Below, one piece after another: positions 51,337-61,009 of a stretch of DNA of 64,000 nucleotides (its first letter is position 1; every line of letters begins with the position of its first letter). Made by a program: the position numbers and the translations under genes. The DNA comes from a virus (lineage: Duplodnaviria; Caudoviricetes): positions 32,001 to 96,000 of IMG/VR virus record IMGVR_UViG_3300005440_000008. The stretch is one strand, 5' to 3'. The notes beneath the pieces are model-generated. The model had not been told where the DNA came from, did no database searches, and was given only the letters and a program-made list of their open reading frames with translations.

Positions 51337-51974
51337 GTGGGGAGCTCCTCGATCCGCCGCTTGCAGCCGGTGCACCGCTTCTCGGGCGCGAGGCTCCGCT
51401 CCCGACACGTGCGGCCATCGTGATCGGTCTCCTCGCAGGAAAAGGTCAGGGCGAGAACCGCTTGGTGAGCGGGCGGGGCCGCGAGCCACAGCGTGCGCTT
51501 GCTCTTGTCCAGCAAGGGCATCGGGAAGCCCCGGAAGAAGGTCTCGACGGCGGCAGGCCGCGTCGGGTGGATCAGCCGTTCCCAGACCTCGTCGTACATG
51601 ACCACGCAGCACTCGATGAGGTCGATAGTCCCGGTGACCTCCCGGCAGAAGCGGAGCGCGGCGTACTGGTGACTCAACTGGAGCGCGTCACATAGCTCGA
51701 CGCAGACGCGCCAGAGGGGGGCCCCGCCGAATCCGCTCTGGAGCTGCTCGAGGTCCCACACCCGATCCGGACGGAGGGCGCCGGCCGACAGGGCGGCCCG
51801 GATCCGGGCGCGCGCCGCCGTCTCCCGCTGGCTCTTCTCCCAGCCCGTGGAGTGGGCCATGTAGATCGGCTGCACCTCACGACCGTCCCGCAGGTGTTCC
51901 AGGATCCGCGCCGTCGAATCGAATCCGCCGGTCCACAGGACCGACACGGGGATCGTCGCGCTGTCGGCCGTCAT
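51333..51974 (-). CDS. QueC-like PP-loop ATPase
   Basis: VLWTGGFDST, PLL..SK, TFSC...C...CTGC.RR. Confidence 0.75.
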   Translation of the reverse strand: MTADSATIPVSVLWTGGFDSTARILEHLRDGREVQPIYMAHSTGWEKSQRETAARARIRAALSAGALRPDRVWDLEQLQSGFGGAPLWRVCVELCDALQLSHQYAALRFCREVTGTIDLIECCVVMYDEVWERLIHPTRPAAVETFFRGFPMPLLDKSKRTLWLAAPPAHQAVLALTFSCEETDHDGRTCRERSLAPEKRCTGCKRRIEELPT

Positions 51975-52888
51975 GGCGCCAACCCCACGGCCTGCAGCGC
52001 CTGGCGGACGCGCGCCACGCTCGAGTGCTCGGCTTGCACGTACTGAAAGGCGCGCGCTCGGATGCCGGGCCCCTCGAGCGTCGCCTGGCGCAGCGCCGCG
52101 CGAAGATCTCCCTCCTCGGGCCGACGCGGTAACAGCACGTAGTGGACGCCCGGCTCGAGGAAGCCCTGGACGTCGTCGTGGAGGAGCACGCCGCCAGCGC
52201 CCGGCAGGAGGAAGACGCGCACGTCCGTCCAGCCCGGCGCGTCGGGTCGACCGAATCCGAGCATCGCGGACGCGGATGCCGCCAGCTCCGGGGTGCGAAA
52301 GAGCGTATGCGCACACGCGGCATTCGGGAACAGCTTGAACCGGTCGCCGAGCCACGCCTGGCAGCGGCCGAGCAGCTCCGTCCGCTCAGCGTAGATCCCC
52401 GCGCCAAGCCGCCCGGCGAAGGCGAGGTCGCACGTGAACTCGGGGACGGCGGGCGCCCGCTCGCTCTGAGCGAAGGCGAAGTACGGCCAGCGCACCTGCC
52501 GGATCCCCCATGCCGAACGGTCGGCGGTGTGGTTGCAGAGCGCCAGATCGACCGCGGCCGAGATGTCGTGGGGCCAGCGGGTCTCCAGACGAGCGTCGCC
52601 ATCGTGGAGGAAGACCACCGCGCCGCGGCGGCGCCATCGCTCGCAGAGCTCGAGTAACGCGAGCGTGTGGGACGGCCCCCCAGGGGACCAGAGCATCATG
52701 TGCATCCAGAGGACCTGGGGCTGGATCACCTCGCACATCCGGTCGATGACGTCGATCGGCTGACGCACGTCGAGGTCCCGGTGAAAATGTCCTAGCAACG
52801 TCATCGCCTGCGCTGCGCCAAAGCAAAACTCGCTGGGATAATTCGAGATGTCGCCGATAAGGACCGAGCGGAGCGGCCGGCGCATCAC
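51971..52888 (-). CDS. GT-B glycosyltransferase (CgeB-like)
   Basis: DLAFAG....Y.ER..LL, W.DVRVF...GAGG.LL, EPGVHY, IR.RA...V..EH....RV. Confidence 0.8.
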   Translation of the reverse strand: MMRRPLRSVLIGDISNYPSEFCFGAAQAMTLLGHFHRDLDVRQPIDVIDRMCEVIQPQVLWMHMMLWSPGGPSHTLALLELCERWRRRGAVVFLHDGDARLETRWPHDISAAVDLALCNHTADRSAWGIRQVRWPYFAFAQSERAPAVPEFTCDLAFAGRLGAGIYAERTELLGRCQAWLGDRFKLFPNAACAHTLFRTPELAASASAMLGFGRPDAPGWTDVRVFLLPGAGGVLLHDDVQGFLEPGVHYVLLPRRPEEGDLRAALRQATLEGPGIRARAFQYVQAEHSSVARVRQALQAVGLAP

Positions 52889-53142
52889 GGCGCGATCCTC
52901 CGCGGGATGATCAGCCCGTACGTCCCGCTGCCGGGCAGGCGCGCGAACGGGAGCCCGTCCCGCCGGTCCTTGTGCCGCTTGTTCCCGTGGTGCAGCGCCA
53001 CGACTCGCTTTCGCTTGTCGCGGTCGCGCCCGTGGCGGCGGTCCGCGACCACCACGACGTCCTCGCAGCCGGCGAACAGGGACCGGAGCCGCTCCTGGAG
53101 AGCTTGATTGAACCGGGGCACGACGACCAAGATCTCCGTCAT
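52885..53142 (-). CDS. Small DRR-repeat protein
   Basis: LVVVPR....L.ERL...F.....V.VV.DRR....R...DRR. Confidence 0.6.
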   Translation of the reverse strand: MTEILVVVPRFNQALQERLRSLFAGCEDVVVVADRRHGRDRDKRKRVVALHHGNKRHKDRRDGLPFARLPGSGTYGLIIPRRIAP

Positions 53143-53981
53143 GCGACTCCGCCCGAGAGGAACCGGGCCCGGGCCCGATGCCACCGCGCGAAGGCGGCCG
53201 CGCAGGCCTCGGGAGTGCGCTCGTCTCCGTGCTCGGCCCCGTACGGGCGCGTGCCCAGGAGGAGCGGCAGGCAGCCTTTCAGGTGGAGGATCCCGACCGT
53301 CGCGAGGTCCGGCGGACAGCGGTCCTGGTTCCAGACGTCAGCCGCCAGCCGGTGCGTGCGGATCCCGCCCGCCTCCTGGATCACGGCCAGGCGCTCGACG
53401 AGGCCGGCCTGGTCCGGGGCGCCGTAGGCATCGATCGCCTGCTTCGTGCGCTCGGGCGTGGTCAGCCAGCGCTCCGTCGCGCGCGCCCAGTCGGCCAGCT
53501 CACGGATCGCGCGCGGGCTCGTCTCGAGGAAGAGGACGCCCGTGTTCAGCGGCCAGCGGCCGGCGCGATGCGTGTAGCCGAGCTGAAAGCCGCCGGGCAC
53601 GCCCGCCCAGGCCTCCGCGGGGGGCCGGAGCACGAGCGTGTCCGCATCGAGGCAGACGACGCGGAGCCCGGGCGCAAGCGGCGCCACGGCCTCGGTCCAG
53701 ACCCATACCTTCCGGGCCACCCGCCGCGCGCGATCCGGCTCTCCCTCGAGGAGCGCGCGCACGGACTCGCCGACGATCGGGGCCCAGACGACGTCCGGGC
53801 CCGCCGCCGCCTGCCAGGTTTCGAGGCGCGGCGCTGGCACCTCGGCGTGGAGCACGTGCACCGCGGCCAGCGCGGTCGGCTGGGCTTCGCGGAGCTCGAG
53901 GAGGCTTCCGAGCAGCGCCTCGAGGTACGGGCCGTGCTGGTCGCCATAGATTGCCGTGACGATGTGGATCCGATCGCTCAT
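53139..53981 (-). CDS. GT-A nucleotide-diphospho-sugar transferase
   Basis: VCLDAD, LNTGVLF, DQAGL, WN, ILHLKG. Confidence 0.85.
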   Translation of the reverse strand: MSDRIHIVTAIYGDQHGPYLEALLGSLLELREAQPTALAAVHVLHAEVPAPRLETWQAAAGPDVVWAPIVGESVRALLEGEPDRARRVARKVWVWTEAVAPLAPGLRVVCLDADTLVLRPPAEAWAGVPGGFQLGYTHRAGRWPLNTGVLFLETSPRAIRELADWARATERWLTTPERTKQAIDAYGAPDQAGLVERLAVIQEAGGIRTHRLAADVWNQDRCPPDLATVGILHLKGCLPLLLGTRPYGAEHGDERTPEACAAAFARWHRARARFLSGGVA

Positions 53982-54709
53982 GTCGTCCTTTCTCGCTGTG
54001 CGCCCTGCCAGTCGAAGCGGTCGCGCTCCAGGTAGACGCCGCGCACCCAGTACGTCCCGGTCAGCTCCGGCGGGAGCACCGGCGACGTGAATTGGGCGGG
54101 CCAGCGCTGCTGCCAGCCCTGACCATCGAGATCGTTCGGCTCGACGCCGACGGCACCCGGACGGCCGACGTCGAGCGTGGCCACGAACCAGCCGCCCGGC
54201 ACGACGACGCGCGCGAGCTCTCGGAGCCACGGCACCACCTCGAGGGCCAGGTTCTCGAGGACCGAGATGCAGAAGACGCCGTCGAACGTCGCGTCCTTGA
54301 ACGGCAGCACGGGTCCGCGGAGGTCGGCCTGGACGAGCGCGAACCGGCCGCCGGGATTGGGCCACCGGCCATCGCCGTAGGAGCGCAGCGACGGCGGCCC
54401 GGCGACCACGTTCCCGACGTCGACGCCCACCACCTGGCAGCCGCGCTGCGCGAGGACCACGGGCAACGGCGAGCCGCCGCACCCGAGATCGAGCACGCGC
54501 TGGCCGGCCCGGACGCCCGACGCCAGCAGCGCCCAGGGGTACTCCCACTCGCGCGACCAGTGCATCCGCACGGAGCCAGGATCCCGGGCGCCGGCTGGGT
54601 GCGCGCGGCCGCCGTTCTGCCGGTACGCCGCGAAGATCTGGTCGGCCAGGATCTGACAGTCCACCCGCTGCCAGTCGGCCGGCCAGCACCAGCGGCTCTC
54701 AGCGCGCAT
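53978..54709 (-). CDS. Class I SAM methyltransferase (Methyltransf_11-like)
   Basis: SREWEYPW, VLDLGCG, LPF.D.TFD.VFCISVLE, RVVVPGG. Confidence 0.88.
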   Translation of the reverse strand: MRAESRWCWPADWQRVDCQILADQIFAAYRQNGGRAHPAGARDPGSVRMHWSREWEYPWALLASGVRAGQRVLDLGCGGSPLPVVLAQRGCQVVGVDVGNVVAGPPSLRSYGDGRWPNPGGRFALVQADLRGPVLPFKDATFDGVFCISVLENLALEVVPWLRELARVVVPGGWFVATLDVGRPGAVGVEPNDLDGQGWQQRWPAQFTSPVLPPELTGTYWVRGVYLERDRFDWQGAQRERTT

Positions 54710-55448
54710 CGGTGGCCGTCCGGCCCAGGAGGAAGAGGAGCGTCGGCCCGTAGCTCGGCATCGCCTCGTGCCGGCCGTCGGGAAAGACGCGGGTGTACGG
54801 CAGCTTGCCGGCGCCGCGCTGGTCGAGCCAGGCGGCATGGTGCCCCGTGTCGAGCGTGGCCATCACCGCCTGATGCACCGGCCTGTCTGTGTCCCAGGTG
54901 CGAAAGCGCTGCTCGGCCTCCACGCGCGCCGGCGCCCCCTGGTACATGTCGTGGACGGCCACGAACGCGACCGCGCCCGTCTCGAACGCGACATCGGCCA
55001 GCGCGAGCGCCGCATGATCCTTGGGCCCGTCGAGCAGCAGGGCGCACGAGGCAGACGGACGGTTAGCGAGGAGGATCGGGACGGCGTGCTCGGCCGAGGC
55101 CTGGAGCAGGAGCCCGTGAGCCGATTGGACTCGCACGCGGGTGGCCTCGCTCAGGGCATGATCGAGGCTCACCACCGTGGTGCCCGGCGTCTCGGCGGCC
55201 CAGCGGTAGAGGCACGCCGTCGACTGCCCCTGATGGATGCCGCTCTCGATCACGGTGCGCACCGCGAACACGTCCAGCCAGGTCACGAGGGCGGCGAGCT
55301 CCGAGTACCAGATCCCGCGCGGCCGCGGCGCCAGGTCGCCTCCCGGCTCGGCGATCCAGGCCTCCAGGCGCGCCCGGGCCCGGCGCAGATGCGCGACGAT
55401 CACGCGCGGATCGAGCGGGTCCGCGATGCGCACGCCGTTGCCGCTCAT
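54699..55448 (-). CDS. Methyltransferase-like protein
   Basis: VIESG...GQST, LLLDGPK, VAVHD. Confidence 0.7.
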   Translation of the reverse strand: MSGNGVRIADPLDPRVIVAHLRRARARLEAWIAEPGGDLAPRPRGIWYSELAALVTWLDVFAVRTVIESGIHQGQSTACLYRWAAETPGTTVVSLDHALSEATRVRVQSAHGLLLQASAEHAVPILLANRPSASCALLLDGPKDHAALALADVAFETGAVAFVAVHDMYQGAPARVEAEQRFRTWDTDRPVHQAVMATLDTGHHAAWLDQRGAGKLPYTRVFPDGRHEAMPSYGPTLLFLLGRTATDAR

Positions 55449-57250
55449 CGGCCCTCCAGAAACAGGATCGGCTTGGCCACCACGGAGCGCGCGTCGGGGT
55501 AGTCGATGAAGCCGAGCGAGCGGAGGCGACCCATCGCGTTGACGAATCCCTTGCTCCGGAGATTGCCGTATCCGGCCTTGTCCGCGACGACGTCCTTGGC
55601 GAGCGCTTCCGGATACGCGTCAAGCAGGGGCTGGAGAATGCGGCCGCTCGCGCCGCCCAACAACTGAAGGACGCGCGCCTGCAGCTCGGCCGGCGAGCGC
55701 GGCATCGGCGGCGGCTGCGCCTGTTGGCGACCGGTCGCGGTCAGCACCACGTGGTCACTGTCGGGATAGTCGATCAGGCCGCTCGAGCGCAGGGCCCCGA
55801 GCGCGTTGACGAGGCCCTTGCTCCGCAGGTTGGTGTAGTCCGCGAGGAACGCCACCATCTCCCGCTTGGGCCGATTGGCGCCGAGCTGCTCGAGCTCGGC
55901 CAGCGCGTTCAGGATGCGCTGCTCGACCGGCTTCGGGCCGTCCGGATCCATCGCCCGCACGGCGGCACGGGCCATCTCGGCGACGGCTCTCTGCGTTCGC
56001 GGGGCGGCGCTCGGCGCCACATGCGCGGCCACCACCGCGGGGGGCCGCGGCGCCGGGCCCGTCCGCAGCCGCACCAGCGCGTCGGTGATCGCATTCGCGC
56101 GCCCCATCATGCCAGCGGCAAGCTCGCGCCCGGCCTTGGAGACCGCCTCCAGCCCCGTCGTCGCGAGCACAAATCGTTCGGCGGCCCGCTCGATCCGGAT
56201 CGCCGCGGCCTCCACTGCCTTGATGTCCTTCCCGCTGAGCACGGGGATCTCGACCGGCTTCTTCTCGTTCAGTGAACGAGACGGCGCCGCCTTCAGCCTC
56301 GCGAGCTCGGCGCGAACCTCACCCAGCTGGCGCCGGAGCTCCCGCGGATCCTCGGCCTTGGCCTTCTCGATCGTGGCCGCCATCTCCTTCCGGAGATGCT
56401 CCAGGTCGATCGGCGAGAGCTCACGCGCCGCCGTGTGGTGCCCCACCTCCGGCGTGCTCGAGGAGTCGAACGTCTCGCGGCGCGCGATCGTCACCACCTT
56501 CGAGACCTTCAGCCAGGCCGGCGACCAGACATGCGGATGCCCGACCGTGAGCTTCGGCAGCTCGCCGCTGATGTCCTCGTCGAGCCCCTTGTCGGCGATC
56601 CACCCCTCGACCGTCTTCCGCTCCTGGGGCCCCGTGAGCTGGAACGCGAACAGCAGCTCGGTCAGGTTCAGGACCTTCTTGTTCACCTCCTGCGGCCGCT
56701 GGGAGATGAGGGACACGCCGATGCCGAAGTTCCGCCCGATCTTGACCAGCCGCGTGAACGCGTGGAGCATCCGCGCCTCCTCGCGCTGCGGGTTCTGGGG
56801 GACGAACTCCTGGCACTCCTCGATAAAGAGGTGGACGGCCGAGGGCGCGGCCTTCTTCCGGAAGAAGAAGCGATCGGCAAACGCGTGCGCGAAGCGCGCC
56901 TTGTCCGCGTCCGACTCGAACTGGCTCACGTCGAGGACGATCGAGGTGCCCCGGTCCACCACGAGGTTGGCGATGAGCGCGCCCCCGGTGGGCTCGAGCG
57001 GGATGTCGCCGTGCAGCCCGCCGAGCACCGGGATCGGCAGGCCTGGCCGCTTCCCATCGGCCGCCAGGCGCAGGCCGTACCAGATGCCGACGGGATCGAG
57101 CACGACGAACTGCGCTGCGGCCGCATGCATGACCTCGGCGAGCTTCATGGCGGCATAGCTCTTCCCGCTGCCCGTGCGGCCGATGAAGCCGAGCTTCTCG
57201 GTGACGACGCGCGAGGAGAGGGGGAGATCGGGGGAGAGCGGGTACTTCAT
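55445..57250 (-). CDS. HerA/DUF87-like P-loop ATPase with duplicated C-terminal winged helix
   Basis: GRTGSGKS, LDPVG, FIEECQEFVPQ, GRNFGIG...ISQRP; repeat Y.NLRSKG.VNA.G.LRS.G.IDYPD twice. Confidence 0.88.
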   Translation of the reverse strand: MKYPLSPDLPLSSRVVTEKLGFIGRTGSGKSYAAMKLAEVMHAAAAQFVVLDPVGIWYGLRLAADGKRPGLPIPVLGGLHGDIPLEPTGGALIANLVVDRGTSIVLDVSQFESDADKARFAHAFADRFFFRKKAAPSAVHLFIEECQEFVPQNPQREEARMLHAFTRLVKIGRNFGIGVSLISQRPQEVNKKVLNLTELLFAFQLTGPQERKTVEGWIADKGLDEDISGELPKLTVGHPHVWSPAWLKVSKVVTIARRETFDSSSTPEVGHHTAARELSPIDLEHLRKEMAATIEKAKAEDPRELRRQLGEVRAELARLKAAPSRSLNEKKPVEIPVLSGKDIKAVEAAAIRIERAAERFVLATTGLEAVSKAGRELAAGMMGRANAITDALVRLRTGPAPRPPAVVAAHVAPSAAPRTQRAVAEMARAAVRAMDPDGPKPVEQRILNALAELEQLGANRPKREMVAFLADYTNLRSKGLVNALGALRSSGLIDYPDSDHVVLTATGRQQAQPPPMPRSPAELQARVLQLLGGASGRILQPLLDAYPEALAKDVVADKAGYGNLRSKGFVNAMGRLRSLGFIDYPDARSVVAKPILFLEGR

Positions 57251-57753
57251 GATGGCTCCGGGAGCAGCCCGGCGGCCCGGGCGCTGGTGAGGACGTCGTG
57301 GAACGCGGCCTCCGCCGTCGTGAGGGCCTGGTGATGCCGCGCCGCCTCCTCGAGCACCGCGGCGCCCGTGCGGCCGAGGTCGGCCACGACGGTGCGGAGG
57401 TTGGCCACCTCCCGCTCGAGCTGGGACGCGCGAAAGGCGTGGAGCATCGTGCGCAGGCTGGCGGGGAACGGGCCGGCGGCCGTCTGCCACTGCTCGATCC
57501 GTCGGGCGATCTCCACCTGCTTCCCGGCGAGGCGTTCGGCCTCCTGGCACCGGTGGTTGAGCCGGGCATTGGTCTCCCGCGCGGCGGCCAAATCCCCGGT
57601 CAGCCGCTCGACTTCCGCCTCGAGGTGGCCGCGGGCGTCGAGGCCCTCGGCCAGGAGCAGCATGTCCTTCGCGACGCGGAGGACGTCCTGCTTGAACTCG
57701 GCCTCGCTGGCGTCGTCCGGAGGCTGCGGGATCAGCTCGTGGTCGGTGCTCAT
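57247..57753 (-). CDS. Coiled-coil hypothetical protein
   Basis: Heptad-rich; coupled overlaps. Confidence 0.6.
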   Translation of the reverse strand: MSTDHELIPQPPDDASEAEFKQDVLRVAKDMLLLAEGLDARGHLEAEVERLTGDLAAARETNARLNHRCQEAERLAGKQVEIARRIEQWQTAAGPFPASLRTMLHAFRASQLEREVANLRTVVADLGRTGAAVLEEAARHHQALTTAEAAFHDVLTSARAAGLLPEPS

Positions 57754-57899
57754 CGGAGCACGTACCCCGCGAGCGCGTGCATCCAGAGGATGATGGCAAT
57801 CGTGTGGGCGACGATCCAGACGCTTCGTTCCTCCGGAGCATCCACGAGGGTCGTGAGCGCCAGGATCGCGCCGTAGAACAGCACAAAGATCTGGTCCAT
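57750..57899 (-). CDS. Tiny membrane protein
   Basis: 49 aa, hydrophobic; GGAGG RBS; TGATG/ATGA overlaps. Confidence 0.5.
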   Translation of the reverse strand: MDQIFVLFYGAILALTTLVDAPEERSVWIVAHTIAIILWMHALAGYVLR

Positions 57900-59644
57900 C
57901 ACCGCGCTTCCTCCAGCAACGGCTCTGCCGCTGCGAGACGGCCGCGTCGAGTCACACCCCGGCGCTCGAGGTAGAACTCCGCCAGCCGCCGCACGCGATC
58001 CCCGCCGCTCTCGAGCGTGTGGGCGAGGTCCTGGTCCGGATCCCGGATGCCTTCGACTTGCTCGCGCTTCAGGCCGAGCGTCTCTGCGACGACGGGATCG
58101 GAGCCGGTCTCCGAGACGAGGAAGTAGGCGACGACCGGATCCGGCTGGCCGTCCCGATGGAGGCGCCCGACACACTGCTCCATGACCCCCGGGCTCCAGT
58201 CGAGCTCGCCGAACACGATGACGCGGCCCCCTTTCTGGAGCCCGTCCATGCCGGCACCGGCGCGCAGGGAGAGGAGCAGCACCTTCACGCCGCCGTGGAT
58301 GAAGGCCTGCTTGGCCGACTCCTTCTCGGTGACCGACTCGCTCCCGGTGAACATGGCCACGCCGAGGTCCTGGAGGCGCTCGCGCCATACGTCGTAGCAG
58401 GCGCGGTGCCAGCCGCAGAGGACGACCGACTCGCCGGACTCCACGAGCATCCGGACGAAGTCCGCGACGTAGGGCGCTTTCGCGATCCCCGTCGCCTGGC
58501 GGAGCACCATCGAGAGCTGCTCGGAGGCCTGGAAGGCGGCACCTCGCTCGAGGGTGGCGCCCGTCTGCCCGAGGATGATGCGGGCGAGCTCGGTCGCCGT
58601 GCCGTCCACCTCCTCGAGGCGCTTGGCGTCGGCCTCGATGGTGTGGGTCACCCGGATCACGTCGGGCAGCTCGCGACCGACGTCCGCACGGCGGTGGCGG
58701 ATGATCAGGCACTGCTCGCGCGCCCAGCTGCCGAAGGCCTTGGGATCCCGGAGCGCGCTCTTGCCCGCGCGGAACGTGCACCACTCGCGCTCGAACTCCA
58801 CCTTGCTGCCGAGGACGTCCGGCTTGAGCACGTTCAGGACGTTGTAGATCTCGCCGCCGAAGTTGTAGATCGGCGTGGCGGAGAGCGCGATCCGGAAGGG
58901 CACGGCGCCGGCGAGATGCGCGGCGGCCGCGTACTTCTGCGTCAGCTCCGACCCCGAACCCTTGGCGGCATGGCGCAATTCTTGGACTTCGTCGAAGCAC
59001 GCCGATTTCGCGTAGGCGGCGAGGACCTGGGCCCACCCCGAGAGCTTCGCGTAGTTGACGATCACGACGTCGGGCCCGCGGCCAAAGAACGTGGGGAGCG
59101 CGTACGGCGTGCCGCGCTTCACGATATGGGTGGTCAGGCGCGGCGCGAACAGGCGGATCTGCTGCTCCCACTGGGCCGGGAGCGCCGTGAGCGTGACGAC
59201 GACGGCCGGCAAGGTGCGCGGATCCGTGAAGCTACAGATCGCGCTCGCGGTCTTGCCGAGCCCCACTTCGTCGGCGATCAGCAGGAACCCCTGGGCGAGG
59301 TAGAGCGCCGCCTCCCGGGCCTGATAGCTCCGCGCCGGCAGCGCGAGCTCGAACGTCGGCGGCACGTAGTCGGGATCGATCAGCTCCTCGAGGCGCGCGA
59401 TCGTGTCCCGGTGGGTGCGCGCCCCCGCCTCGAGCTCGGCCGGGTGCGTGACGGCGAGCGGGTACCGATCGCCGAACCACTGGAGGTCCCGGCACATCTC
59501 GGGGGTGTGCGGGAGCACGAGCGTCCCCACGTGGCCGCGGCTGATCCGGGCGAACATCCGCTTGGCCCGGAGCATGAGGTGAGGCTCGAGGGCGAGGTGC
59601 CAGCCGTCCTTCGCGAGCCAGAGCCGCCCGTAGGTCCGGGGCAT
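57899..59644 (-). CDS. SNF2-like SF2 helicase
   Basis: IADEVGLGKT, FDEVQELR, LSATPIYN, GAGMDGLQ, ELDWSPG..EQC.GRLHRDGQ. Confidence 0.95.
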   Translation of the reverse strand: MPRTYGRLWLAKDGWHLALEPHLMLRAKRMFARISRGHVGTLVLPHTPEMCRDLQWFGDRYPLAVTHPAELEAGARTHRDTIARLEELIDPDYVPPTFELALPARSYQAREAALYLAQGFLLIADEVGLGKTASAICSFTDPRTLPAVVVTLTALPAQWEQQIRLFAPRLTTHIVKRGTPYALPTFFGRGPDVVIVNYAKLSGWAQVLAAYAKSACFDEVQELRHAAKGSGSELTQKYAAAAHLAGAVPFRIALSATPIYNFGGEIYNVLNVLKPDVLGSKVEFEREWCTFRAGKSALRDPKAFGSWAREQCLIIRHRRADVGRELPDVIRVTHTIEADAKRLEEVDGTATELARIILGQTGATLERGAAFQASEQLSMVLRQATGIAKAPYVADFVRMLVESGESVVLCGWHRACYDVWRERLQDLGVAMFTGSESVTEKESAKQAFIHGGVKVLLLSLRAGAGMDGLQKGGRVIVFGELDWSPGVMEQCVGRLHRDGQPDPVVAYFLVSETGSDPVVAETLGLKREQVEGIRDPDQDLAHTLESGGDRVRRLAEFYLERRGVTRRGRLAAAEPLLEEAR

Positions 59645-60003
59645 CAGAGGACCCCCGCCGAGATGTAGGCGCCGGCGATCGGCTTGCCGTGGAGGACCGC
59701 GACGGGGGGCAAGAGCGCCCGCCGGCGTGTCACGAGGACGAGGCCGGCGACGCTCGGCTGCTGGAGGTACCGGGAGCACTGGTGGAGGACCGCGGCGGGC
59801 CCGCCGGCCACCTTCACCTCGATGCCGATCTGCTCCGCCTCGAGGTAGAAGTCGAGGCGGCCGCCATCCGGCAGCCGGTGCTCGCGAACGTGGGCCAGGC
59901 CGTGCTCGGTGAGGACGCGGGCGAGCGCCTCGTGAGTGGCCGCTTCCTGGGTCAGCGGGTACCGGTACCCGGCCAGGAGTCGCGCGAGATCGGGAACGGT
60001 CAC
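59644..60003 (-). CDS. PD-(D/E)XK nuclease
   Basis: RE.RL...GRLDF.....IGIEVK.......Q..RY. Confidence 0.8.
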   Translation of the reverse strand: MTVPDLARLLAGYRYPLTQEAATHEALARVLTEHGLAHVREHRLPDGGRLDFYLEAEQIGIEVKVAGGPAAVLHQCSRYLQQPSVAGLVLVTRRRALLPPVAVLHGKPIAGAYISAGVL

Positions 60004-60006
60004 ACC

Positions 60007-60675
60007 CTATCCCTTCATCGCCGTACCGAACTGTCCGAGGTACCGGTGGCGGAACTCTTCGTACAGCGGCCCGCGTCCGGCGACGTACCCGAACCGCGTC
60101 TTCCACCAGCCATCGTTCTCGGGCTGGGCGTCGGGCTGCTCGAGCGAGAACCGATCGGATCCCACGCCCTCGATGGCCGTGATGATGTTCATCGGGATGA
60201 AGGCCTTGAGGTGGCCGTCCACCGTCACGATGTAGATCGCCGGCGCGCCGTACACGACCACGCGCCCGGCCGCCCCGACGTGGCGCAGGATCCGGGCGAA
60301 GAGGGGCCGCGGGATCTGCCGCGGGCGGGCGTGTTGCAGCGTCTGGAGCAGGAACTTCTCCGGAATGCTCGGCTGCTGCTCGCTGTTCAGGCGCTCGCAG
60401 GCGGCCAGGAACGCGGCGAGCACGCCCGACGTCGCCGCCTCCTCGAGGAACGCCCGCTGCGCGGGCGATCGAGCGGCCAGCCAGGCCGCGCGCCGCGCCG
60501 CATGACGCGAGACGGGAGCCTCGGGCGGGGCATCGGACCGCTCGATCTCGCCGTTGACGGTCACGATCTTCACCCGCGTGGTGAACTGCACCTCACCGCC
60601 GCAATGGGGGCAGGCGATGGCGTTGGTCGTCCGGCTGATCTCCGTCACTGAGGGCTCCACCGTGAGGTCCTCCAT
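60007..60675 (-). CDS. Hypothetical protein (CPHC motif)
   Basis: ATG 60675 in ORF 60007-60942. Confidence 0.55.
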   Translation of the reverse strand: MEDLTVEPSVTEISRTTNAIACPHCGGEVQFTTRVKIVTVNGEIERSDAPPEAPVSRHAARRAAWLAARSPAQRAFLEEAATSGVLAAFLAACERLNSEQQPSIPEKFLLQTLQHARPRQIPRPLFARILRHVGAAGRVVVYGAPAIYIVTVDGHLKAFIPMNIITAIEGVGSDRFSLEQPDAQPENDGWWKTRFGYVAGRGPLYEEFRHRYLGQFGTAMKG

Positions 60676-60676
60676 G

Positions 60677-61009
60677 TCAGCACCCGCCCCGCATCGAATA
60701 CCACTCGTGCAGCAGTCGATCGACCATCTCCGGCGGCCCGCCCGCCTGCCGCCCGGCCTGGATCTCCCGCAGCTTGATCGCGAACGCGACGCGCTCGTCC
60801 CACGTCGTCGGCGGCGGCGTGTATTCATCGCTGGAGAGCGTGCCGCCGCAGAGCGGATGCTCCCACCGGACGATCCGGCCGAAGCGCCGGACCTCCACCA
60901 GGTCCCGATGAAGGACCTCGCCGCAGCAACAGCGGTTGCCAATCCGCAGGATGGACGGCTGTGGCGTTCCGCCCTGCAGCTCGACGAAGGCGTCCTCCCT
61001 ACGAGCCAT
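60677..61009 (-). CDS. Small Cys-containing protein
   Basis: RCCCG...HPLCG; GAGGG RBS. Confidence 0.5.
   Translation of the reverse strand: MARREDAFVELQGGTPQPSILRIGNRCCCGEVLHRDLVEVRRFGRIVRWEHPLCGGTLSSDEYTPPPTTWDERVAFAIKLREIQAGRQAGGPPEMVDRLLHEWYSMRGGC

Noticed and set aside
51333-51974. Complete 7-deazaguanine DNA modification system
   Set aside because: No DpdA, FolE, QueD or QueE recognisable in the window
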